The translations under genes and the position numbers were made by a program. Of a DNA stretch of 64,000 bases, positions 9,829 through 20,199 are shown in pieces. Below the pieces are notes generated by a model. The model saw nothing but the letters and a program-made list of their open reading frames with translations. It ran no database searches and was not told the DNA's origin. The stretch is from assembly GCA_019058295.1 (NCBI GenBank), contig JAHPZI010000002.1:32001-96000 (forward strand), written 5' to 3'. This DNA comes from Promethearchaeota archaeon (lineage in GTDB: Archaea > Asgardarchaeota > Lokiarchaeia > Sigyniarchaeales > SOKP01). How positions within the stretch are numbered: position 1 is the stretch's first letter; the number at the start of each line of letters is the position of its first letter.

Positions 9829-11022
9829 TTACCGTTTTAAATTAGCTGAGGCCCAATCATAATAGCCCTTATCTTCCATTACCTTTGGGATCTCTGCGAA
9901 AAACTGGCCTGTGATTTCCTTAACATGCCTCGCCGCGATTGGATGAAACATCATGGCGAGATCAAGTCCCACCAAAGATAAACATAATGCATTAATGACT
10001 TCCCATATTGGGCCTCGATACTGTCTTAATCCCCATTCAGGAGCTTGTTTCTCGCTCATCCACGCTTCACGAGCACCCCACGCGTTAGTAGTACCTCCAC
10101 TGATCGGATAACCTAAATCTTTTTCACCTAGAAGTCCAGCAATGCGCATTCTTTGGTAAATACTAAATGAATACTCCATACCATAGCCTAATGTAGCACA
10201 TGTAGGGTCCATTACTATGCGATTTGGCGGAAGACCTAACTCTAATGCGTCTTTATTCATTTTAATTTGATTATTAAGGTCTAAACTCGTCCATAAGAGA
10301 CAGTTATGATCATATTTAACTGCCAATGGAATAACTTCTTCCCATGTAGCTTTATCTGCAGCAGAGAGCATTAAAACTTCGCTTTCTGTAGCTGCAGCGG
10401 TAGCTTTAAACATCTCGACGTCTTTTTCTTTATTTCCAGAGCATCCAATTATTACAGGAACATCAACTGCTTGAAGAATTTCTTCTAAATACTTTACAGA
10501 CTGACTGACTGGTGCGTCTCCCATAGCAGGGTCGATTTCTAACGAATGAAATGTGATCGACTCAGCTCCAAACTTATTTACAGCAAATTTTGCCCATTCA
10601 GCAGGATCTGCTAAGACTTCTCCATATTCTTGTTTGATTGGCTTTGGAAGCATCATTTTTGACCCCATATCAAACACATCGTACGTTACCAGAGGAGGAT
10701 TAGGATTTCTTTTATCAAGTCCTAAAAAGTTATAAAATGGAGGTACTTTTTCACCGCCAATTGTGCAAGTTTTTCCATTCGATCGAATGAATTGGATTGT
10801 TTCAATTTCCCCAGGAAAATCTATATCAAGCGAAAATTTAGTAGGTGTCCATTCAGCTTTTCCGAGCACTGGAATTCCAACAGCCCCGGCTGCTGTTGAT
10901 ACAATGGAAGGTAGAACTTGAAATTCTAAATATTCGGCTATTAGATCTACGTCAACAAGCTCGAGTTCTTCAGTCTCTTTCATTAATTCTTCTAATTTCT
11001 TACTAAGATCTTCGAAAGAAAT
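9829..11022 (-). CDS. cdhD: Acetyl-CoA decarbonylase/synthase delta subunit (corrinoid Fe-S protein small subunit)
   Basis: DPAEWAK, AVDVPVIIGCSGN, IVMDPT, LGYGMEY, NAWGAREAW. Track start is ATG 10983; an ATT start at 11022 is proposed. Confidence 0.9.
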   Translation of the reverse strand: MSFEDLSKKLEELMKETEELELVDVDLIAEYLEFQVLPSIVSTAAGAVGIPVLGKAEWTPTKFSLDIDFPGEIETIQFIRSNGKTCTIGGEKVPPFYNFLGLDKRNPNPPLVTYDVFDMGSKMMLPKPIKQEYGEVLADPAEWAKFAVNKFGAESITFHSLEIDPAMGDAPVSQSVKYLEEILQAVDVPVIIGCSGNKEKDVEMFKATAAATESEVLMLSAADKATWEEVIPLAVKYDHNCLLWTSLDLNNQIKMNKDALELGLPPNRIVMDPTCATLGYGMEYSFSIYQRMRIAGLLGEKDLGYPISGGTTNAWGAREAWMSEKQAPEWGLRQYRGPIWEVINALCLSLVGLDLAMMFHPIAARHVKEITGQFFAEIPKVMEDKGYYDWASANLKR

Positions 11023-11225
11023 TTTACATCACGTTATATTTCGTTTTTTAATATTTTAATTGGTAAAAATATAAATTTAATATTTGAAATTAACAATAAT
11101 TTAAATATATAGCGCGACGAAATCAGTCATTTAAGTTCGAAAATGTTAAAGAATTATCAGGTTACTTTTTTGATCTCGATCTTTTAATGGAACTATTTAT
11201 GATATATACTCCATTTATATTTCTT

Positions 11226-12587
11226 TTAATTTTCCCCCCGAGATTTAATTATTGGGATCTTTTCTCCTGCTTCTGCCATTCTCCTTTTCAATATTTCAGC
11301 TAGTTCTTTTCTGACTTCAGTATATTTAGGATCCTTTACGAGATTATTCCTTTCGTGGAAATCATTCTCAAGGTCATACAAAAAGTCTTCTTTATATCTA
11401 GAAGCGCTTGAGTATAAAAAACCGCTTTTATGGGATTTAACCGAATATTTCCATTTTTTTGTCCTTATAGCTCTACCGATTTGGGATTCACTAATTTGAA
11501 CAAATACATCTTGTGGCCAGTTTTTTACTGTTCCCTTGACTAATTCTTGTAATGGTCTTCCTTTCATATGTTCTGGAATATCAATTCCAGCAGCGTATAA
11601 CAAGGTAGGAGGGAGATCAATTAAACTGACTAAATCCGATATTTTTTTTCCTCCTTTAAAGAGATCGGGACCTTGTATTATTAAAGGAATTCGGATAGAA
11701 GATTCATGACAAGATCGTTTGTATTCGCCATTTCTAGTCTTAAAATGACAGCCATGATCGCTAGTATAAACGAGAATTGTATTGTTTTTTATCCCTAATT
11801 CTTCTAATTTAACATTAATTCTTTGAATGTTTTGATCTATACTATTACAGCATCCTAGATAATCTGGATAATTTTCACGCCAATCCCCTGAAGTATCCTT
11901 AAGATCACCTGGGATATTGAAATCTTTAAAATGTTCTTTACTCCCATCAGGACCTTCAAATACATTATGATCATTTTGATGATGTGGTTCTAAATAGGAG
12001 ACAAACAAGAAAAATGGTTTTTTTCCATCACGAGTATCTAAATATTCAAGCACAAAATCCGTTAAACAATCAACTCGGTAACCTTTAAACTTTACCTTCT
12101 TTCGATCATAATCATAAAGAAATCCATCATATCCATGTGATGTAAATTCAAGTAAATCTGATGCTAACCAATAACCTTTATATCCACCTCTTCTCTCTAG
12201 GGGAACCCCTTTCCTTACAAAAGATATTGCTTTTTCTATTTTCTCTTTTGAAGGTCCCATTGTTGATGCAAGATGCCATTTACCGATATATCCAACTTCG
12301 TAGCCATTTCTTGTAAAATAGTTAGCTATGTTTTTTTCAGTAATTGGAAGAGCTATTCCATTTCTATAACATCCCGATTCTGTAGCGTAAACTCCTGTTT
12401 GTAAACAAGATCTAGCTGGACCACATACGGGCTGACAAGTAAATGCGTGAGTAAATAGCACTCCCTCTTCGGCCATTTTATCAATATTGGGGGTAACATT
12501 TAATTCTCGACTATTTTCATCATAACATCCACATGTATCCCAGCGTTGTTGATCTGAAAAAATGAAAATTATATTTGGTTTTTTCAT
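11226..12587 (-). CDS. Sulfatase (Cys-type formylglycine enzyme)
   Basis: KPNIIFIFSDQQRWD, CQPVCGPAR (CxPxR), GKWHL, SDHG. Confidence 0.92.
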   Translation of the reverse strand: MKKPNIIFIFSDQQRWDTCGCYDENSRELNVTPNIDKMAEEGVLFTHAFTCQPVCGPARSCLQTGVYATESGCYRNGIALPITEKNIANYFTRNGYEVGYIGKWHLASTMGPSKEKIEKAISFVRKGVPLERRGGYKGYWLASDLLEFTSHGYDGFLYDYDRKKVKFKGYRVDCLTDFVLEYLDTRDGKKPFFLFVSYLEPHHQNDHNVFEGPDGSKEHFKDFNIPGDLKDTSGDWRENYPDYLGCCNSIDQNIQRINVKLEELGIKNNTILVYTSDHGCHFKTRNGEYKRSCHESSIRIPLIIQGPDLFKGGKKISDLVSLIDLPPTLLYAAGIDIPEHMKGRPLQELVKGTVKNWPQDVFVQISESQIGRAIRTKKWKYSVKSHKSGFLYSSASRYKEDFLYDLENDFHERNNLVKDPKYTEVRKELAEILKRRMAEAGEKIPIIKSRGEN

Positions 12588-12598
12588 ATTTTATATTT

Positions 12599-14485
12599 TT
12601 AAAATAAATAGTTCCCTTTTATAATTCCTTCATAGATTTCTTTTGTCAGAGGAATATATTCTGAACTTTCCGGTAAAAGAACAAATACGGGATCATCTAT
12701 TTCATTAATATTATAACCCTCGTTTTTCAGTTTTACCTTTTGAATCTTATGAGTGGCGGTAAAGCTAAATTCCGTTATAAAACGGATAAATTTGGGTACT
12801 GCGTAATGTGGTAAATATTTTTTTACAAAATTTAAGAAACCATTGAAATCGAATTCTTCACTATATCTTTTATGTATTGAGACCATCCCCGCCCGACCCT
12901 CTGTATGTGGGATTAGAACTCCGTACACGGAGCACATATCGATTTGCTCGAATGTATTAATTACCGATTCGACTTCCTCGCTAGAGACATTTTCACCTTT
13001 CCATCTGAATGTATCCCCTAAACGATCAACAAATTGGACATGCCCAAAGCCAATATCTCGTAAGAGATCTCCGGTATTGATGTACATATCATCTTTTCTA
13101 AAAACTTCACGAAATACTTTTTTTTCTGTTGCTTTTTCGTCTATATACATGAAAAAATTTTCTGGTTCAACGATTTTACCTAAACATAATCCAACTTCAC
13201 CTGGCTTTACTTTTTTCATTCGACCTCTCTCATTTCTGATCGGTTCGTCTGCTTCTATATCGTATTGTACAATCGCATAAGGTCTTAAGCATACTCCACA
13301 AGTTTTATCAAGATTATGAATATTGGCAAAATTAGGCACAAAATCTTCTGTGGCACCATAAAACTCTCTTATTTCTTGGATATTAAATCTTTTTTTAAAA
13401 TCCATCCAAATATCTGGTCTAAGTCCATTCCCAACTATTTTTACAATAGGATTATCCGCATCGTTTGGCTTTGGAGGTTGATTATACAAATATCTACATA
13501 TTTCACCTACATAATTAAAGCATGTGGCGTTGAATTTTCTAACTTCATCCCAAAATTTACTAGCACTGAATTTTCTGCTGATTGCCATTGCGGAGCCTTT
13601 ATAAAGGGTTGCTGCAAAAGCTACTTTGATACCATGACTATGAAATAATGGAGTTGTGTTATATAATATATCATCAGTTTTCATTCCAACTACCATACCT
13701 CCCCACCACATCATCGCATCCAATATTGAACGATTTTGCAGAATTGCAGCCTTTGGAAGTCCCGTAGTACCTGATGTGAAAATATAGACAAATGGGTCTT
13801 TCATCAAGATCTCTGCCGTGGTCGGAGGATTATTAATGTCTGAATCCTTAATTTTTTCTTTAAGATTGATATATCCTTCAGGAATTTTATTTGTACCTTT
13901 ATCGGGCAAAAAAAAGAGCATTTCTTTTTGCTCCTCGGTTAAATTTAATTGGGATTTAACATTTTCAAATGCGTTTGTGAGTTCCTCTCCAATTATATAT
14001 ACTTTACCGGGAGTATGCGTCATACTATGAATAAGTGGTTTTTCACGAAGGTTTGTATTAATTAGTGAAGATATCACTCCTATTTTACCCATTGCAACAA
14101 CAATAAACATATATTCTGAACGATTTTCCACAAACAAATCAGCTACATCCCCTCTATTTAGACCAATTTTAAGAAAATAATTCGTATATCTGTTAACCAT
14201 CTCATTAAACTCTTTATGTGTATATCTTTCATCTTCATAAAGTAGGGCCAATTTATCGGGATATTTCATGGCGTGTTCTTCAATTCGAAGCCCTATAGAG
14301 TACTTTGTATCGAGTGTATGTTGGCCCATCCATACTGCCTCTTTTAATATCATAGGAGTCTTCACATCCCAAGATGGTTTAATTTTGTTATTATATTCTT
14401 CTTTGGATATGATATATGGTTTCTTTTCCTCGCCTTTTTGAGCTTTTTTTCTGGATAATGATATTTCTGATTGTTGATCATTCAT
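12599..14485 (-). CDS. Long-chain acyl-CoA synthetase, FATP-like
   Basis: YIFTSGTTGLPKAA, FYGATE, TGDLL, DRLGDTFRWKGENVS. Confidence 0.92.
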   Translation of the reverse strand: MNDQQSEISLSRKKAQKGEEKKPYIISKEEYNNKIKPSWDVKTPMILKEAVWMGQHTLDTKYSIGLRIEEHAMKYPDKLALLYEDERYTHKEFNEMVNRYTNYFLKIGLNRGDVADLFVENRSEYMFIVVAMGKIGVISSLINTNLREKPLIHSMTHTPGKVYIIGEELTNAFENVKSQLNLTEEQKEMLFFLPDKGTNKIPEGYINLKEKIKDSDINNPPTTAEILMKDPFVYIFTSGTTGLPKAAILQNRSILDAMMWWGGMVVGMKTDDILYNTTPLFHSHGIKVAFAATLYKGSAMAISRKFSASKFWDEVRKFNATCFNYVGEICRYLYNQPPKPNDADNPIVKIVGNGLRPDIWMDFKKRFNIQEIREFYGATEDFVPNFANIHNLDKTCGVCLRPYAIVQYDIEADEPIRNERGRMKKVKPGEVGLCLGKIVEPENFFMYIDEKATEKKVFREVFRKDDMYINTGDLLRDIGFGHVQFVDRLGDTFRWKGENVSSEEVESVINTFEQIDMCSVYGVLIPHTEGRAGMVSIHKRYSEEFDFNGFLNFVKKYLPHYAVPKFIRFITEFSFTATHKIQKVKLKNEGYNINEIDDPVFVLLPESSEYIPLTKEIYEGIIKGNYLF

Positions 14486-14608
14486 TTTGCATCGTTTTTA
14501 ATAATTTAAGAGTTTGTTTAAAATTAATTTAACATCTCTATTATATAATTACTTTACCCAAATTTTTAATTTTTAGACACTAATAGACATCAAATTAATT
14601 GAATGAAT

Positions 14609-15100
14609 TTAAAGAATTCTGTTTCTTGCAAAATTAACTAGTCCATTAGATTGAATTATTTCTTGTATAAAAGGGGGCATCCTCAAAATTTTATATTTCT
14701 GTTTTGTCGAGCAGTTATTAAGAATCCCTTCCGTAAAATCTATTTCTATCTCGTCACTGGTATGAATTTCATCAATATCTTTAAATTCTATAATTGGTAA
14801 CCCGATATTTATACAATTTCTAAAAAAGATTCTCGCAAAGGAGGGTGCTATTATACATTTAATTCCAGATGCTTTAAGTGCGATCGGGGCTTGTTCTCTA
14901 CTTGAACCACAGCCAAAATTGGGGCCAGCTACAATAATTGAAGCTCCGATTTGATCTTTTCTCAAAATAAAATCCTTGTCCAAATCTTCCATACAGTGCT
15001 CAGCTAAGTAATCAGGATCGGATTTAATTAAATATCTTGCTGGAATTATCAAATCAGTGTTAATATTCTTTTCATCATACTTTATTACATTTCCTTTCAA
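14609..15100 (-). CDS. leuD: 3-isopropylmalate dehydratase small subunit (LeuD/HacB family)
   Basis: NINTDLIIPARYL, NFGCGSSREQA, SFARIFFRN. Confidence 0.9.
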   Translation of the reverse strand: MKGNVIKYDEKNINTDLIIPARYLIKSDPDYLAEHCMEDLDKDFILRKDQIGASIIVAGPNFGCGSSREQAPIALKASGIKCIIAPSFARIFFRNCINIGLPIIEFKDIDEIHTSDEIEIDFTEGILNNCSTKQKYKILRMPPFIQEIIQSNGLVNFARNRIL

Positions 15101-15121
15101 ATTTTTCCACCATTGATTTTA

Positions 15122-16393
15122 TTATAGATAATTAGGTGCTGTGATATATCCTTTAATTGCGGAAGCTGCTGCGACTGCTGGACTTGATAGGTAAACTTCG
15201 CTTTCTATATGACCCATTCTTCCAACAAAATTTCGATTAGTAGTCGATACAGCTCGCTCTCCAGCAGCAAGTATACCCATAAATCCGCCTAAGCAAGGTC
15301 CGCAAGTAGGAGTTGATACGATAGCTCCCGCATTAAGAAATATTTCTATCAATCCTTCTTTTAAAGCTTCAAGATAAATTTGTTGTGTGCCAGGAATAAC
15401 GATGCATCTTACATTTGAATGAATAGTTTGATTTTTTAATATTTTTGCGGCTATTTTTAAGTCTTCTAAGCGTCCATTGGTACAAGAACCGATAACAGCT
15501 TGGTCAATTTCGACTTTCATTCCGTCTACTTCAGATATTGGCTTAGAATTCTCCGGTAAATGAGGGAATGCCACTTGAGGCTCAATAATATTACAATCAA
15601 ACTCGATTATTTTAAAATATTCAGCATCCTTATCGCTTTCATATATTTTATATTTTTTATTTCCTACATTTTTTAAATAAATTTCCGTAATTTTATCAGG
15701 AATAATTATTCCATTCTTTCCGCCTGCTTCTATTGCCATATTACACATTGTAAATCGATTCGGCATTGATAACGTTTCAATTACCTCTCCAGTAAATTCC
15801 ATAGCCTTATAAGTCGCACCATCTACTCCTATTTGACCAATTGTATATAGGATTAAATCTTTTCCTGAAACCCAATCTTTTAATTTGCCATAGTAGACAA
15901 ATTTAATCGATTCAGGGATTTTAAACCAACATTGTCCTAAAGCCATTGCTACGCCTAAATCTGTTGACCCTACACCAGTAGAAAAGGCTCCAAGGGCACC
16001 ATAAGTGCATGTATGAGAGTCAGCACCAATAAAAACTTCACCTGGAGAGACTAATCCTTGCTCTGGAATAAGACAATGTTCAATTCCAACCCGACCAATT
16101 TCAAAATAGTTGATTATTTGATTTTTATGAGCAAAATCTCTGAGGATTTTACATTGTTCAGCAGAGGCTACATCTTTATTAGGAGTAAAATGATCTGGAG
16201 TTAAAATAACTCTATTTTTATTATATACACTCTTATCGGTTCCCTCAACAATACTCTCAAAAACTTCAATAGCGATTGGGGCAGTGATATCATTTGCGAG
16301 ACATTTATCAATATTTGCTAAAACAAAATCTCCAGCTGAGACATCACCGCTACTATGGTCTCTTAATATCTTTTCTGTAATAGTAAATCCCAT
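15122..16393 (-). CDS. leuC: 3-isopropylmalate dehydratase large subunit (LeuC/HacA family)
   Basis: [34 protein letters not shown]. Confidence 0.92.
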   Translation of the reverse strand: MGFTITEKILRDHSSGDVSAGDFVLANIDKCLANDITAPIAIEVFESIVEGTDKSVYNKNRVILTPDHFTPNKDVASAEQCKILRDFAHKNQIINYFEIGRVGIEHCLIPEQGLVSPGEVFIGADSHTCTYGALGAFSTGVGSTDLGVAMALGQCWFKIPESIKFVYYGKLKDWVSGKDLILYTIGQIGVDGATYKAMEFTGEVIETLSMPNRFTMCNMAIEAGGKNGIIIPDKITEIYLKNVGNKKYKIYESDKDAEYFKIIEFDCNIIEPQVAFPHLPENSKPISEVDGMKVEIDQAVIGSCTNGRLEDLKIAAKILKNQTIHSNVRCIVIPGTQQIYLEALKEGLIEIFLNAGAIVSTPTCGPCLGGFMGILAAGERAVSTTNRNFVGRMGHIESEVYLSSPAVAAASAIKGYITAPNYL

Positions 16394-16518
16394 AAATTTA
16401 TTACCTATTTAAAATTTGTCAAGATGCTCAAATAGTTAAATTACAAAATAAATTATGTTATAAATTTTTATTTCTTTCTATTATTATCGACATATATTTA
16501 ATCATTTAAGTTAAAAAA

Positions 16519-17664
16519 ATGCCATCCATAGCTCATTTAGTTTTAGGTGGAGTAATTGCATTATGTTTTTATTATATAAGTGATGGAAAATTTACAAAAA
16601 CCCACGCGTTTATATTTTTTTTATGTAATTATTTAGGACCAGATGTAGGTTGGGTATTTGGTATAGGCCGCATTACACATTCTCTATTATTTTGGCCTCT
16701 ATTTGCATTAATTTTAGCGTATATTTATCATTATTTTACTAGATTTACAATTAAGATTGATGGGATAAAAAACATAGAGTTAAAAGATTTAGAAGGGTAT
16801 AAATTACATTATTTAAATACTTACTTACTAGTATTGGGAGCAGGTATTTTACACCTAAACTTAGATGGACTAATGAATAGATGGGGTAGGTTTCGAATAA
16901 TCCCTCAACTTCCTTTCAATGATGAGGAAGTATTTTTTACTTTAAGGCAACTAATTGCATTTGGAGAAGAAGGAGTAATTCAAATTAATATTCTTATAGC
17001 AATATGTATTGGAGTAACATTAATATTTGGATTTATTTTCGTATTTATTTGGTTTCTAAAGAAAAATACAAAAACAAATGCAATAATAATTTGTATTTAC
17101 ATCTTGGCATTTGTAATTTTCTTTTATTTAGCCGGTTCTATAATTACAATGTTCCATCCTGATGGGGGAGCCATTATATACATTAGTATTTATTGGGCAA
17201 CACCGTTAATTTTATGTGTTCTTTCTACAAGAGAGTTTAAGTTTATAAAAAGAAATGAAAATGGATTAATACAACTCAAAAGAAAAAATGCTGATAAAAG
17301 TCTTAGAAAATTGGTTTTTGTACTTGGTTGGCTGTTTATAACAGGAATATTATTCATGATTGCATCAATCTATGGTTTTATTTTCAACGATGTTATACTA
17401 AAACGTATTTTTTCTAATTATGGGGATGAAATATCACCATACTTTAGTTACAATGAATTATATACATTGATTATAGTCATAGAAATTATTCATTTAGTTA
17501 TAGCTTTGTTAAATATTTTATGTGGGATTGGACTCATATTTAAAAATAAAAATATATGGAAGTTCACTGTATACTATCATCTTGTTTTTTCTTGGACGTT
17601 AATTGGTTTAATAATAGCATGTGTACTGAATGAAAAATCCGTGAAAAAATCAATTAAATTTTAA
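16519..17664 (+). CDS. Polytopic membrane protein, possibly a membrane-bound metal-dependent hydrolase
   Basis: Many hydrophobic segments; AH, GPD, THS and HLNLD motifs resemble the YdjM-type pattern. Confidence 0.55.
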   Translation: MPSIAHLVLGGVIALCFYYISDGKFTKTHAFIFFLCNYLGPDVGWVFGIGRITHSLLFWPLFALILAYIYHYFTRFTIKIDGIKNIELKDLEGYKLHYLNTYLLVLGAGILHLNLDGLMNRWGRFRIIPQLPFNDEEVFFTLRQLIAFGEEGVIQINILIAICIGVTLIFGFIFVFIWFLKKNTKTNAIIICIYILAFVIFFYLAGSIITMFHPDGGAIIYISIYWATPLILCVLSTREFKFIKRNENGLIQLKRKNADKSLRKLVFVLGWLFITGILFMIASIYGFIFNDVILKRIFSNYGDEISPYFSYNELYTLIIVIEIIHLVIALLNILCGIGLIFKNKNIWKFTVYYHLVFSWTLIGLIIACVLNEKSVKKSIKF

Positions 17665-17743
17665 AATTAAATTATATTTCGAAATTTTTTTCAGTTATCT
17701 CCTATTATTCTTATTATTAATGATTTTTTAGGCTGATTATTTC

Positions 17744-18625
17744 ATGGACAATCTAATATTAGAAAAGTTAGAGTTTGAAAAATTCCATGGTTTAGGCAAC
17801 GATTACATAATAATTAACGATATTCAATGGAAAATTCCTGAGAAAAAAAAGTCAGACTTAGCAAAAAAATTATGTGAGATGCATTTCTCAATAGGGGCAG
17901 ATGGTTTAATTTTCGTGGTCAATTCAGATAAAGCTGATATTAAAATGCGCATTTTTAATCCCGATGGTTCGGAATCGGAGATGTGTGGTAATGGGATTAG
18001 ATGCGTTTCGAAATATATATACGAAAATAATATAATTAATAAAAACGAAATAGACATCGAAACTCTAAAGGGTATAATAGTTGCGAGACTTAGAATTATT
18101 GATAGTAAAGTTAACAGCGTAACAATTGACATGGGAGCACCTATATTAGATTGTAAAAATATACCGGTAATTTCACCAGAAAATGAGAGTACTTGTTTAA
18201 GCGAGCCACTTGAGATTTTAGATAGAAAATTTATTTTTTCAGCCGTTTCAATGGGAAATCCACACGCTGTTATTTTTATTGACGAGCAATTAAATGATGA
18301 CGACTTGGAAAAATATGGTGGTGCTATTGAACCACACGAGCGGTTTCCAAATAAAGTAAATGTAGAATTTGTTAAAGTTTTATCTGATACAGAAGCTATA
18401 TTAAGAGTTTATGAAAGGGGGGTAGGTATAACTAAATCTTGTGGTACAGGAACATGCGCATCGGTGGTTGCTGGAACAAAACTAGGAAAATTTAGAGAAA
18501 ATGCACCCATTACTATACATAATGATGGGGGAGATCTAATTATTACTTATACCAGCGATACTGTTCTTATGCAAGGTCCTGTTGAAAAATCTTTTGAAGG
18601 AAAAATAGATTTGATTGAATTATAA
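17744..18625 (+). CDS. dapF: Diaminopimelate epimerase
   Basis: KFHGLGNDY, EMCGNGIRC, SMGNPH, YERGVG, SCGTG. Confidence 0.96.
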   Translation: MDNLILEKLEFEKFHGLGNDYIIINDIQWKIPEKKKSDLAKKLCEMHFSIGADGLIFVVNSDKADIKMRIFNPDGSESEMCGNGIRCVSKYIYENNIINKNEIDIETLKGIIVARLRIIDSKVNSVTIDMGAPILDCKNIPVISPENESTCLSEPLEILDRKFIFSAVSMGNPHAVIFIDEQLNDDDLEKYGGAIEPHERFPNKVNVEFVKVLSDTEAILRVYERGVGITKSCGTGTCASVVAGTKLGKFRENAPITIHNDGGDLIITYTSDTVLMQGPVEKSFEGKIDLIEL

Positions 18626-18649
18626 AAAAGTAAATGAGGAAGTTGTAAA

Positions 18650-19966
18650 ATGGATTATGAAGATTGGTTGAAAAGAAAGAGTTTAGAATATCGAAATGAT
18701 ATTCTTTATTTTGCTGAAGTCAATACTATTGAAATTGCTGAGAAGTTTGGCACTCCTATTTATGTTATTAACGAGCAAATGATTCGAAAAAAATATAAAA
18801 AATTAAAAAAAATGCTCGATTCGGCATATAAGAAAAATAGAATCTATTTTGCTATAAAATCTAACTCAAATTTATCAATTTTAAAAATTTTGAATTCAGA
18901 AGGCTCTTATTATGATTGTTCTTCAACTGGAGAGATTTATACTTGTTTTAAGGCAGGTATTGCTCCCGATAGGATAATTTATACAGGAAACATGTTTACT
19001 GATGCTGATTTTGAATTTGCTGTTAAAAATGATGTTTTAGTTAATTTAGATAGCATTAGTCAATTAAAACGATTAGTTAAGGCATATGATAAATTGGGAA
19101 AGGAAAAAGGAATTGTATCTTTCAGGATTAATCCAGAATTCGGAGCTGGTCACCATGTTCACACAATAACAGCAGGAAAAGAGTTAAAATTTGGAATATT
19201 AGATAACCAAGTTATTGAAGCATATTCAAAAGCCATTGATGAGGGAGGATTTAAAAAATTTGGCATTCACCAACACATAGGTTCAGGAATAATAAATCCA
19301 TATGATTTTGAAAAAGCAGCAGAAAAATTTTTATCAATAATAAAGAATTTAACGAGTACTTTAAATATAGATCTTGAATTTATAGATTTTGGGGGAGGGC
19401 TTGGAATTCCTTACCGTCCAGAAGAAGAACCACTTGATTTAAAAACATATAAAGAAGTTGTGATAACTAAATTTAAAGATTTAGTTGGAGAAGGAAATGT
19501 TGGAACCCCTTATCTAATTATTGAACCTGGACGATATATAACGGCTGAAGCAAGCATAATTTTAACTCAAATTAATACTATAAAAAATAATGGACATAAA
19601 TTGTTCGCAGGAGTCAATACTGGATTTAATACATTAATTAGGCCTACAATGTATGGTTCTTATCACCATATTATACTTTGCAATAAAAATTTACGAGAGA
19701 GAAGCTTAAAATATGATGTAACAGGACCTATTTGTGAATCAGGTGATATTCTTGGTAAGAATCGAGAATTACCAGAGTTAGTTGAGGGCGATTATCTTGC
19801 CATACTCGATGCAGGGGCATATGGTTTTACTATGAGTAGTGTATATAATTCACGCCCACGGCCTGCTGAAATCTTACTCAATGATGGTCTCACATACAAG
19901 ATTAGAAAAGAAGAAACTTACGATGACTTGCTAACCCATCAATTTATTCCAGATCATCTGATGTAA
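18650..19966 (+). CDS. lysA: Diaminopimelate decarboxylase
   Basis: FGTPIYV, FAIKSN (PLP lysine), HIGS, DFGGG, EPGRY, GPICESGD, GAYG. Confidence 0.96.
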   Translation: MDYEDWLKRKSLEYRNDILYFAEVNTIEIAEKFGTPIYVINEQMIRKKYKKLKKMLDSAYKKNRIYFAIKSNSNLSILKILNSEGSYYDCSSTGEIYTCFKAGIAPDRIIYTGNMFTDADFEFAVKNDVLVNLDSISQLKRLVKAYDKLGKEKGIVSFRINPEFGAGHHVHTITAGKELKFGILDNQVIEAYSKAIDEGGFKKFGIHQHIGSGIINPYDFEKAAEKFLSIIKNLTSTLNIDLEFIDFGGGLGIPYRPEEEPLDLKTYKEVVITKFKDLVGEGNVGTPYLIIEPGRYITAEASIILTQINTIKNNGHKLFAGVNTGFNTLIRPTMYGSYHHIILCNKNLRERSLKYDVTGPICESGDILGKNRELPELVEGDYLAILDAGAYGFTMSSVYNSRPRPAEILLNDGLTYKIRKEETYDDLLTHQFIPDHLM

Positions 19967-20077
19967 TCTCTCAATTACATACCAATCAAAATAAATAAAT
20001 ATTTTCTTTCTCATTCTTATATTAGATAAAATTATAAAAATACGATCGATTAAGGCTTGGATACCCTTTAATCGTTC

Positions 20078-20147
20078 AAAATGAAGATTAGGCGTAATGA
20101 AATCTGTTTATATACAGATTAATGAGAATACTGATCTGCCCTGAATA
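20078..20147 (+). ncRNA. Putative box C/D 2'-O-methylation guide sRNA
   Basis: C box ATGAAGA (20081), D' ATGA (20097), 7-bp hairpin AATCTGT/ACAGATT, C' ATGAGA (20122), guide ATACTGATCTGCC, D box CTGA (20141), then a T-run. TATA-like TTATAAAA at 20032. Ends approximate. Confidence 0.7.
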
Positions 20148-20199
20148 TTTTTTATAATTTTATCTTATTTTCTTTTTTAAAAAAAGTATAGTATGAAAT

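Noticed and set aside
20047-20074. Hairpin CGATTAAGG...CCTTTAATCG upstream of the C/D sRNA
   Set aside because: Could be a lysA terminator or an sRNA leader; not enough evidence to assign separately.
20097-20127. AUGA-stem-GA element as a SECIS for lysA
   Set aside because: lysA has no in-frame UGA, the stem is short and lacks the apical AA, and flanking C and D boxes plus an rRNA-like guide fit a C/D sRNA better.
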